Shown: positions 55,865 through 64,000 of the stretch, piece by piece
Numbering within the stretch: the stretch's first letter is position 1
Layout: each line of letters opens with the position of its first letter
Assembly (NCBI GenBank): GCA_965213875.1
Contig: CBDCAN010000028.1
Coordinates: forward strand, 28,706-92,705
Direction: 5' to 3'
DNA length: 64,000 bases
Origin: Tunicatimonas sp.
Lineage (GTDB): Bacteria; Bacteroidota; Bacteroidia; Cytophagales; Cyclobacteriaceae
The notes under the pieces: generated by a model
Told to the model about the DNA's origin: nothing
The model's database searches: none
Seen by the model: only the letters and a program-made list of their open reading frames with translations
Translations under genes and position numbers: made by a program

Positions 55865-58231
55865 CTACTCTATCACTAGTTGCTGTGTAAACGCTCCTGC
55901 ATCGTGTTTGATACGGACTACGTAGACACCGCGACGGAGCGACGCCACATCCAGGTTGGCATTGCCACTAAGTACCTCCTCTTCTATGTGTAGTTTTCCC
56001 TGTGCATCGTATACCTCTACCCGATAATCTGGCAGCAAACTATTGATTCGCAATTGATTTGTGGCAGGATTGGGGTACAGAGTAGCTAAGCTTTTTACTA
56101 CTTGAGGATCTTTCTTCGGTGTGTTGGCGAGACGAGCATTGGTAGCATACGTATCAAAAGCAATGTAACCACCACAGTACAGCCATTCGGAAGAGATGCC
56201 CCCGCAACGCCCTTGGTTCTGGTCAAAACTGCCGGTATTTACCCCTTGGTCTTCAGCCTGTAGCACCCGTCCGTTAAGGGCTATTTGGTCGATTCTTAGG
56301 TTTCGGTCGAATCGCTGACCATCGACTCGTGTGACTAAGTCATTTGTGAAAGCTATTTTGATATCGCCCTCTAGCTTGGCCTGAACCGTATAATCTTGCC
56401 AGGCAGACGATACTGTCCAGCGTGCTACTGACACATCATCTACCAAGAGCTCCATTTCTTCTTCCCCCGTATCGCCTTTGGCCCGCACCACAATTTGATC
56501 ATCGGTGGATGGTTCGTTCGCTGCCGCAACACCAACCCTAATGTTATCTACGAACGCCTCGCCCGTTCCCTCTTGGTCGCGCCAGACACCCATCACCACT
56601 GACCCAAATTCTTCGGGAGTGGTAAAGGTCAATGATCTATTTTGAAAGTTTGCTGTCGTAGCTGGTAACGACTCAGTAAAAATAATTTTATTACGATAAT
56701 CACGCACCTGCACAAACGCAATGACTCCGCTACTAGCTGCACCCTTCAGATCAGCCGAAAAGGTATAGGTTTGGTTCGGCACAATTCGGTGGGTGATGTT
56801 CGTACTGGCCGAAGAGGCCTCCTGTGTTGAGCTGGCTCGCAGTACTTGGGTGTCACCTTCGGTGACGATGGTGGCGTCTCCCTCTTGCTTCCAACCGTTA
56901 AAGCCTTCCTCGAACCCTCCGTTGGTTATCACCGGAGCTTGATAGTCCAATTCATAGACCTGCACCTCGGCAATATCTAACGTGCCGCGCAGAGCACCCT
57001 CAGAAAAAGTGAGCGTGCTGTTCCGCGAGAACAGCGGGCGAGCAGGGCCGGTTGTTCCTTCAGGAAGCGGCACACTGATATCAGTACGGCCAGTAGTACT
57101 GTTCACCGGCGTATTAGTTCCCGGTAAAGGCTGCCCGTCGATTAATGAGTTAACGGCCACTACGTAGACCTTATCGCCGTAGATCCAACGGCCGTAGTAC
57201 ACATCAAAGGTTCGCTCAGGGGTAGTCGTATGCCGACCGAACAGCAGCATGCGCTCCAGCACGGCAATTTCTTTTCTGATTTGTATTGACTTTTGCCACA
57301 CGGCGGGCCGGTACTCAGCCAGGCCACCGGGGTTGACCGTCACCCCGTCCTCGTTTTCCTCATTGCCATAGGTATAGAAAAACATAGATTTAGCGCCAGC
57401 GGCTAAGCTCAGGTAGCTATACACGTCAAGTTCAGCGGGAGTGGGCCAGCGCCCGGTTTGCCCGGTTCCGGGGAAGTACTCACTTAAGCTGTGGGTCTGT
57501 CCAACGGCCATACCCACTCCACCGTACTGCTGAGCAGCCTCTACCTGGCGCTGAGTATGAAAGTGAATATTGTGTGGCCAATAGCCACCGGCAGGATACA
57601 TCTGTATTCCTGGCATATCGGCCGATTCCGCATACTGTACCAGCGCGCTCTGCGAAGTAGCTACGCCCGTGCTGTGTGATGTGATGCGATCGGGAGCTAC
57701 TTCTTTGATAACTCGTTCTTTTTCTATCAAATCCTCCGGGCTGAGGTCAACCACGTCATCACTATGATAATATCCTAGTAAGGCTTTATTTTCTCGGATA
57801 GGCTGTCCTTCTTCACTCGTGAGGACCCAGTCGTCTAAAGGGCTAATTTCGTCAGTAACAGGAGAATCACCACCGAACAAACCGTACATCAGCCGAACTC
57901 CGTAACGATCTACTTCACGTACGAAGTTGACAAACGACTCACTCTCTGCGGGTGGAACTCCGTAAGAAATAATGTCGAAGTCAGCCGGTCCCAGCTTTTC
58001 TAAAGCGGCTAGCTTGTTGGGGACCGTTGAGTATTCTACCCAATAACCTACCGGAAATATGGCTTGGCCACGGTGGATTACGTTGCCTCGGTAGATAAAC
58101 GAAGCGTTGTCCTGAGGAACTGAGTCTGGAGCTTGGACTACAGTAGAAAGCCTGCCGTGGTTGGCCTCACCTAAAGTTGGTATCAGACAGAGCAGACAGA
58201 ATCCGAAAGCGTAGGTCGTATCTATTCTCAT
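55865..58231 (-). CDS. T9SS-secreted putative glycoside hydrolase with CBM4/9-like and CBM60-like modules
   Basis: N-terminal TIM-barrel-like region (PTPAEL...AAGAKSMFFYTY), NGGFEEG CBM, IVVRAKGDTGEE...IAFTND...DRNLRID module, LYPNPATN CTD. Confidence 0.8.
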   Translation of the reverse strand: MRIDTTYAFGFCLLCLIPTLGEANHGRLSTVVQAPDSVPQDNASFIYRGNVIHRGQAIFPVGYWVEYSTVPNKLAALEKLGPADFDIISYGVPPAESESFVNFVREVDRYGVRLMYGLFGGDSPVTDEISPLDDWVLTSEEGQPIRENKALLGYYHSDDVVDLSPEDLIEKERVIKEVAPDRITSHSTGVATSQSALVQYAESADMPGIQMYPAGGYWPHNIHFHTQRQVEAAQQYGGVGMAVGQTHSLSEYFPGTGQTGRWPTPAELDVYSYLSLAAGAKSMFFYTYGNEENEDGVTVNPGGLAEYRPAVWQKSIQIRKEIAVLERMLLFGRHTTTPERTFDVYYGRWIYGDKVYVVAVNSLIDGQPLPGTNTPVNSTTGRTDISVPLPEGTTGPARPLFSRNSTLTFSEGALRGTLDIAEVQVYELDYQAPVITNGGFEEGFNGWKQEGDATIVTEGDTQVLRASSTQEASSASTNITHRIVPNQTYTFSADLKGAASSGVIAFVQVRDYRNKIIFTESLPATTANFQNRSLTFTTPEEFGSVVMGVWRDQEGTGEAFVDNIRVGVAAANEPSTDDQIVVRAKGDTGEEEMELLVDDVSVARWTVSSAWQDYTVQAKLEGDIKIAFTNDLVTRVDGQRFDRNLRIDQIALNGRVLQAEDQGVNTGSFDQNQGRCGGISSEWLYCGGYIAFDTYATNARLANTPKKDPQVVKSLATLYPNPATNQLRINSLLPDYRVEVYDAQGKLHIEEEVLSGNANLDVASLRRGVYVVRIKHDAGAFTQQLVIE

Positions 58232-58512
58232 TTACGAAGAAATTATGTCATAAAGTTACTGCCAAACTAGATATTATCAGGCACCTTACCGGTGGCTACA
58301 TAGAGAAAAGAAGGATTATCTGTTTAAAATAGTAAGAATAACCTACGGTTTGTGATAATACGCTCTTCGCCTGCGGTCTAACGTATACGTTGTGACAGCT
58401 CGTTACCAATACTATCTAATACGCTCAGAAGTAAGCTGTACACTACTATTCTGTCATGCAGTTGGTACGGTTTTCTGGAGAAGAAAACAGAGACCCCTTG
58501 CCATGATCCGGA

Positions 58513-59649
58513 TTAATACTGCTTGGGTTTGAGGGATCGTAAAATTTGCTCTGTTTCGGCACGCGCTTGCGGATCAGCCTCGGGATATTGATACCGAAGG
58601 TGCATGACCATACCGTCTTTAAGATAAGATTGCACCTGATTTTTTATCTGCCCCTCAAGCTCCTGCTCCTTGTCTAGCAACAGCGTTTGATCCATGTAGC
58701 GCAAGTGTAGCGTATCCATACCTGTCTGCTTAGCTTCGTAAGCTTGCCTATCCAGCTCAACTTTTTCTATCCAGAAGGCTAACTGGTGCAGTCCGTACTC
58801 ATTTTCGTACTCGTAAAGGTAGGTAGCCTGCGCTTCTCTTGCCCGAACTGACGACATCTCCTGATACGAGGTAAACTTCAGCTTGGCTTCTACCAATGGC
58901 AGCCCTATCGTAGGGAACAACGAAACGTAGGGGTTTTGCCAGAAGCTAATGGGTTGTTGATTGACTCTCAGGTCAGCGACTGAAGCATTCTTCCATTCCG
59001 GAATGTTCAGCCCCAGCTGGTCATGAATGGCTAACAACTGCGCCAGGGCTTGTTCTTTCTGCGTGGTGTCGCAGGGAAAGGCTGCCTGAAAAACCAGCGC
59101 ATCTTGTTGATAAAACAGCATGAGCAAGAAACCTTGATCTGCCTTTACCCAGTAAACACCCGTTTTATAATCAGCGTGCGATGCCACGATTTTTGTTTCG
59201 AGCAGTGAGGCACCACGGCGATCCATCGTCATGAAGTCTCCTGACGTGAAGGAGTTAACACCTTCCGAGTAATAACGGTGGACAAACAGCTCAACGGGGT
59301 CGTACAGTAGGCTGGCAAATACGAAGGATTCTCCCCAGTACGGGTCTTTATAAATAACTAGTTCGCGCTCGTGCGCATCGTGACCAGCCCTTAATTTCGA
59401 AGGGTAGTCACTTTCCGCCGATTGGAACCCGCCTAAGAACGGGAACACTTCCTGTTCATTCGTGATAACGTAAGTATCGTACCCGGCTCCTTCTTTAGGG
59501 TTCCACTCGTTACTAAAGGGGACTTTTCTAATCCAGGCGTGGATGTCTTTATCAGTTAGCTTTTCTACCTCAGGCGACCAGGTGAAAGGTTTCTCCCAAA
59601 ACGAACAAGAGGATAATAGCAGTAGCCCTAGCCACGGTAGTAGTTTCAT
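58513..59649 (-). CDS. Hypothetical lipoprotein
   Basis: Lipobox LLLLSSC; 378 aa. Confidence 0.75.
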   Translation of the reverse strand: MKLLPWLGLLLLSSCSFWEKPFTWSPEVEKLTDKDIHAWIRKVPFSNEWNPKEGAGYDTYVITNEQEVFPFLGGFQSAESDYPSKLRAGHDAHERELVIYKDPYWGESFVFASLLYDPVELFVHRYYSEGVNSFTSGDFMTMDRRGASLLETKIVASHADYKTGVYWVKADQGFLLMLFYQQDALVFQAAFPCDTTQKEQALAQLLAIHDQLGLNIPEWKNASVADLRVNQQPISFWQNPYVSLFPTIGLPLVEAKLKFTSYQEMSSVRAREAQATYLYEYENEYGLHQLAFWIEKVELDRQAYEAKQTGMDTLHLRYMDQTLLLDKEQELEGQIKNQVQSYLKDGMVMHLRYQYPEADPQARAETEQILRSLKPKQY

Positions 59650-59659
59650 CGTATTACGC

Positions 59660-60556
59660 TTATTGATGTTCTTTCAATGATAGACTAAGTTGATCAATGG
59701 CGACCTTCTCCCGTTGCTCATCGTTCTCAGTAGGACGAGCGGAGTCGCTGTACACTTCTATGCTGCGGTTTTCTTGATTGTACCGAACGTCTCTTATCAA
59801 ACCTGCCTTGAAGGTCGTCTCTATCAGATGTACTCCGTCTGGATGGTCGGCCGAGAAGAAGTGAAGGTTATTATACTTAGGCCGATACACCTCGCCCCCG
59901 TGTCCCCACGCGAGCAGTTCCGTGTAAGTTACTACGGCAGTGCCACCGATGGCAGACAGCGCGTACTTTCGGGGCATTATGATACTAGGAAGTATCGCTT
60001 GGTCTTGTAGCAGAGAAAGCTCGAAATTATCCAGTCGGCACTGCCAAATCCGGTCCAAGCTGTGCGGCTTGTCTGGTCGCTTGGTGATGAGTATCACCGT
60101 TTCGTCGTCCAAGGGAGCTACAGCCGTGATTTCCTTAATGCTCTTGTCAGTGAAGGTATGTGCCAATGAATCGCTCAGGCTATCAGCGTAGTGATACACC
60201 TCGTTCTTGGTAAATAACAGGCCAGTGCGTTCATCTCGCGGAATAAGAAAGCCTGCCGAATGCTGCGCTCGCTCTTCGTACGAGATATCACTTGATAGAA
60301 TGGCACCGGTGCTGGTGACGTAATGAGCGGCTAACCAGTCCTGGGTTTCATCATCGGGCAACGCGAACTGCTGCCGGGCAATAGTACGCTCGGCCACTGA
60401 TACTACGGGTGAACCCTCAGGAATGCGGTAACGGTCTAGACCAAATAGCGTCCACTCCGATTGCAGACCGACGTTCATAAAGAGATAAAACCCCACCATC
60501 ATCAGTATGCCTAGCCCAAAGAGGGCTGCAAAACCATAGAGTAAAAACTTGAGCAT
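59660..60556 (-). CDS. Hypothetical membrane-anchored protein
   Basis: N-terminal TM; 298 aa; ends 10 nt before the lipoprotein gene. Confidence 0.7.
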   Translation of the reverse strand: MLKFLLYGFAALFGLGILMMVGFYLFMNVGLQSEWTLFGLDRYRIPEGSPVVSVAERTIARQQFALPDDETQDWLAAHYVTSTGAILSSDISYEERAQHSAGFLIPRDERTGLLFTKNEVYHYADSLSDSLAHTFTDKSIKEITAVAPLDDETVILITKRPDKPHSLDRIWQCRLDNFELSLLQDQAILPSIIMPRKYALSAIGGTAVVTYTELLAWGHGGEVYRPKYNNLHFFSADHPDGVHLIETTFKAGLIRDVRYNQENRSIEVYSDSARPTENDEQREKVAIDQLSLSLKEHQ

Positions 60557-60642
60557 GCGAGCGAGTGTGTTGTTCTGCGTGCGCAGATAGACATGGCGAC
60601 CTACCTTTGGCTACCGAACGCACGCTGCTATTTTAGCAACAA

Positions 60643-61947
60643 CTACACCACTTTAAAAAGATAACGGTTCTTTTTACCGCGCTGCACCAGCAGGTACTTA
60701 TCTTTTAAAAGTTGGAAATCAACGGATGCTTCAGCATCGGTCACCTTTTGCATATTGATGCTCACCCCGCCCTGCTTGATGGTGCGGCGGGCTTCGCCTT
60801 TGGAAGGAAAAACTAAGCCCTGCGAGGTTTCTGATAGCAGGTCAACCACGGTAGCCGCCGCTTCGTAGTCAGCGCGAGAAATCTCCTGCTGAGGCACACC
60901 GTCTAGTACGTCAAGCAGCAGTTGCTCGTCGAGCGTCGCCAGATCATCTTGTGTTGACTTGCCAAACAGGATTTGCGAAGCGCGCACCGCTTTATCGTAT
61001 TCCTCCTGAGAGTGAATGCGCACGGTCAACTCTTCGGCTAACACTTTCTGCAACAGTCGTTGGTGCGGTGCTTCGGCGTGCTGGGCTTCCAGCGCTTCAA
61101 CCTCCGTTTGGGGTTTTAATGTAAACACTCGAATTAGGCGTCCGCAGTCTTCGTCGGCCGTATTGAGCCAGAATTGGTAAAACTGGTAGGGTGAGGTCAT
61201 CTCCGGATCGAGCCATACGTTACCCAACTCTGACTTACCAAACTTGGTGCCGTCAGCCTTGGTCACTAGCGGGGCCGTCAGGGCAAAGGCGTCGCCCTGC
61301 GCCTTACGGCGGATAAACTCGGTACCAGTGGTGATGTTGCCCCACTGATCTGAGCCGCCCATTTGCAGCTTGACGTTCTCGTGCTGGTAGAGGTGATAAA
61401 AATCGTAGCCCTGTAGCAATTGGTACGAAAACTCGGTGAATGACAAACCGGTTTCGAGGCGCTTCTTTACCGAATCTTTGGCCATCATATAATTCACCGT
61501 GAGGTGCTTGCCCGCATCGCGCAGAAAATCTAAAAAACCAATACCGCCGAACCAATCGTAATTGTTGACCAGTCGAGCAGGATTGTCGGTCGCCTTAAAA
61601 TCTAAGAACTTTTCTAGTTGCTGCCGGATGCCCGCCTGATTATCGCGCAGCGTATCTTCATCCAGCAAATTACGCTCGGTGGATTTGCCCGAAGGATCGC
61701 CGATCATACCGGTGGCCCCGCCCACCAGTGCCACGGGAGTGTGCCCGGCCCGTTGCAGATGTACCAGTAGCATCACCGTGGCCAGATTACCAATGTGCAA
61801 TGATTTGGCCGTAGGGTCGAAGCCAATGTATCCGGCGGTGGACTCTTGCGCTAGTTGTGCTTCGGTGCCGGGGGTCATGTCGTGGATCATACCACGCCAG
61901 CGTAGTTCGCCAATAAGTTGATCTTGTGAGAGAGAAGGAGTATCCAT
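60643..61947 (-). CDS. tyrS: Tyrosine--tRNA ligase
   Basis: [13 protein letters not shown] (HIGH-like), [17 protein letters not shown]-terminal S4 domain; likely ATG 61947 with TATCTTTG promoter element at 61977-61970. Confidence 0.97.
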   Translation of the reverse strand: MDTPSLSQDQLIGELRWRGMIHDMTPGTEAQLAQESTAGYIGFDPTAKSLHIGNLATVMLLVHLQRAGHTPVALVGGATGMIGDPSGKSTERNLLDEDTLRDNQAGIRQQLEKFLDFKATDNPARLVNNYDWFGGIGFLDFLRDAGKHLTVNYMMAKDSVKKRLETGLSFTEFSYQLLQGYDFYHLYQHENVKLQMGGSDQWGNITTGTEFIRRKAQGDAFALTAPLVTKADGTKFGKSELGNVWLDPEMTSPYQFYQFWLNTADEDCGRLIRVFTLKPQTEVEALEAQHAEAPHQRLLQKVLAEELTVRIHSQEEYDKAVRASQILFGKSTQDDLATLDEQLLLDVLDGVPQQEISRADYEAAATVVDLLSETSQGLVFPSKGEARRTIKQGGVSINMQKVTDAEASVDFQLLKDKYLLVQRGKKNRYLFKVV

Positions 61948-62081
61948 ACAGTGGGTATAAGTTGCCGCGCAAAGATATAATTTTGCGCGGGTACCGAACA
62001 GATTTTCAATGTATTCGTTCGACACGGCTACGAGTGGTATTCACTCGTAGCCCAGGCCTATGCTCATCTAACTTTTCTCTA

Positions 62082-63215
62082 TTGAAAACATTTAAACTGC
62101 CCGGTTACGTCAAGTATCTGGTGATATTAGCAAGCATTCTGCTCACCATTCACGTACTGATTGTGGCTAAATCTATCTTCAGCCCCATGCTCACGGCTTT
62201 TGTACTGGCCCTGCTATTGCATCCGCTGAGTAACCGTCTTGAGCGGTTTCGAATTCCGCGCGGTATCAGCTCGGTGCTTTCGATTGTCATTGTGTTTGTA
62301 GTGCTATTTGGACTGTTCTACTTCTTTTCGGCTCAGATCAGAAATATCTCCAGAGACTTGGTGGCCATCGAAGCACGCTTCACCAGCGTGATTGACGACG
62401 GTTACCAGTGGATGGAAGAAACTTTTGACGTTGAGCAACAGGCCCAGACCACCTACCTGAAAGACTCACTGAATAGTATGCTGAAAAACAGTACCAGCTT
62501 TTTGTCGCGTACTGCCTCGGCCACAGCAGGTTTCTTCACCGCCTTCTTTCTGGTGCTCATTGCCCTGTTTTTCTTTCTCTACTACCGGCGGTTTCTGGTC
62601 GATTTTGTTTACCAGCTTTTTAGTGCTGACCAACATGCGGCAGTAGGCAACACCATCGTCAAGGCCGAGAAAGTAATTCGTAGCTACATTTTAGGCCTAC
62701 TGACAGTCATTGTCATCGTGGCGGTACTCAATACAGCAGGACTCATGATTTTGGGTATTGAGCACGCCATCTTCTTTGGAGTGCTGGCCGCAGTGCTCAC
62801 TGTCATTCCCTACATCGGTATTTTTATCGGCTCGTTATTGCCGATTGTTTTCGCGCTAGTCACCAAGGACTCACTGTGGTTTCCGGTAGGCGTGGCCCTC
62901 ATTTTTTGGGGAGTGCAGTTTCTGGAGGGTAACTTTATTACTCCTAATATTATCGGCAGCAGTGTGAGTATTAACCCCTTTGCGGCCATTGTGGTCCTGT
63001 TTTTCGGCGGTATGATCTGGGGCCCTATCGGTATGATTCTGTCCTTGCCTATTCTGGCGATTATCAAGGTGATTTGCGACGCGGTGGAACCGCTCAAGCC
63101 CTACGGCTTTTTGCTGGGCAATCCGCCCGATGAAGATGAGGCGCGACGAAAAAAGGGCCGCCTTAGGCGTCGCCGTGAACCTCAGGCGGAAGAACCTGTG
63201 GCCGAGGCCTCATAG
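62082..63215 (+). CDS. AI-2E family transporter
   Basis: Multi-TM; IPYIG, QFLEGNFITPNIIG, INP, WGPIGMILSLP; likely TTG 62082. Confidence 0.92.
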   Translation: MKTFKLPGYVKYLVILASILLTIHVLIVAKSIFSPMLTAFVLALLLHPLSNRLERFRIPRGISSVLSIVIVFVVLFGLFYFFSAQIRNISRDLVAIEARFTSVIDDGYQWMEETFDVEQQAQTTYLKDSLNSMLKNSTSFLSRTASATAGFFTAFFLVLIALFFFLYYRRFLVDFVYQLFSADQHAAVGNTIVKAEKVIRSYILGLLTVIVIVAVLNTAGLMILGIEHAIFFGVLAAVLTVIPYIGIFIGSLLPIVFALVTKDSLWFPVGVALIFWGVQFLEGNFITPNIIGSSVSINPFAAIVVLFFGGMIWGPIGMILSLPILAIIKVICDAVEPLKPYGFLLGNPPDEDEARRKKGRLRRRREPQAEEPVAEAS

Positions 63216-63248
63216 TCGACAATACGCTTCCTATTGTAAGCATTTTCT

Positions 63249-63677
63249 TCACCTTCTTTGAAGAATCAGTTTATCCGAATTAGTGTAAAGTTCTAGCGTC
63301 GAATCTTTGATCACATGGCTCTTTACTCGTGCAATTCGGTCTAAGAATACTCTTCCCCAGTAGGTCTCGCGCTCGTCTGTTGCATCAAACCGGATGAGTT
63401 CTAGCGAGCCGTTGGCTGACTTCGCAAATTTAAGGCTAAATGCATTGGCCGGAGTTTCTCCCGCTAGGTGCAAGTCTTCCGCTCGGTTATCGGAGGTGGA
63501 TACCGTCACTTCGCCTTCCTCATCGCTTGGTTTACTGATAGCTGAACCGTTCTCCAATGATTCTATGCTCAGTAGTTTCCAACGATCACTCAGCTCAGTA
63601 TAGCTGTTTGTATCGTCCTCGGTGCAAGCACTACTGGTTATCAGTACGCATATAATTAGTATCGTGAGTCGGCTCAT
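63249..63677 (-). CDS. Hypothetical lipoprotein (META/lipocalin-like)
   Basis: Lipobox TSSAC; WKLLSIE; C-terminal DSTLELY. Confidence 0.6.
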   Translation of the reverse strand: MSRLTILIICVLITSSACTEDDTNSYTELSDRWKLLSIESLENGSAISKPSDEEGEVTVSTSDNRAEDLHLAGETPANAFSLKFAKSANGSLELIRFDATDERETYWGRVFLDRIARVKSHVIKDSTLELYTNSDKLILQRR

Positions 63678-63781
63678 ACTGGTACGCTAGCTAGTATTAA
63701 TCGCACGTTGAGATGTACATGACACTCAGGGTTATCAGTAGTACTACGATACGATGGCAACTGTCATCATATCCGTACTGC

Positions 63782-64000
63782 CTACTTCCATCCCCCACCC
63801 AGCGAGCGGTATAGGTCAATAACGGTGAGAAAAACCTCCTGGCGGGTGTTGGTTACGCTCAGTTCGGCTTCCAGTACTCGCGCCTGGGCGGTAATTACCT
63901 CCAGATAGTTGGCGTAGCCGGCGGCGAACAGATCGTTGGCGGTGCTCACTGCCGCCGTCAACACCTCCGCTTCTTCCTGACGCAGTGCGTATACCTTCCG
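63782..64000 (-). CDS. TolC/NodT-family efflux outer membrane protein, C-terminal part (5' end off window)
   Basis: LFAAGYANYLEVITAQ...DLYRSLGGGW. Confidence 0.9.
   Translation of the reverse strand, partial: RKVYALRQEEAEVLTAAVSTANDLFAAGYANYLEVITAQARVLEAELSVTNTRQEVFLTVIDLYRSLGGGWK

Noticed and set aside
61948-62081. Possible T-box or riboswitch upstream of tyrS
   Set aside because: The divergent intergenic region is short, with a promoter element about 23 nt from the start, leaving no room or motif for a leader RNA.

Overview
64-kb chromosomal window from a Bacteroidota genome, probably Cytophagales (inferred from T9SS C-terminal domains, TAnnTTTG promoter elements and gene families). 1-13 kb (minus strand): a group 2a [NiFe] uptake hydrogenase locus (small subunit, large subunit, maturation protease, hypothetical, TPR protein, hypABFCDE, NHL-repeat protein running off the edge). 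It is headed by a hypothetical/TetR gene pair and a perfect 20-bp palindrome upstream of the small subunit. 13-20 kb: a sigma-54 response regulator and histidine kinase split by a REP-associated tyrosine transposase with a REP hairpin, then a GH65 and a BNR-repeat protein. 20-34 kb: a candidate sigma-54 promoter with enhancer palindromes precedes five tandem orphan MacB/FtsX ABC permeases. The array shows recombination scars (near-identical 3' ends, a duplicated 5' end, an IS remnant) and inverted ATGA/TCAT-rich tracts at its junctions. 34-46 kb: DUF2975/Xre, CPBP, an Rpn nuclease with a probable intragenic antitoxin ORF, a sigma-54 activator lacking its HTH, a serine-less esterase/NTF2/LytS-LytTR module and an orphan DNA methyltransferase. 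46-64 kb: NrtR, two T9SS carbohydrate-active proteins, S9 peptidase, tyrS, an AI-2E transporter and a partial TolC. No rRNA, tRNA or CRISPR was seen. Several 1-nt frameshifts sit in short homopolymers and may be sequencing errors. All family calls are by motif recognition only; no searches were run.
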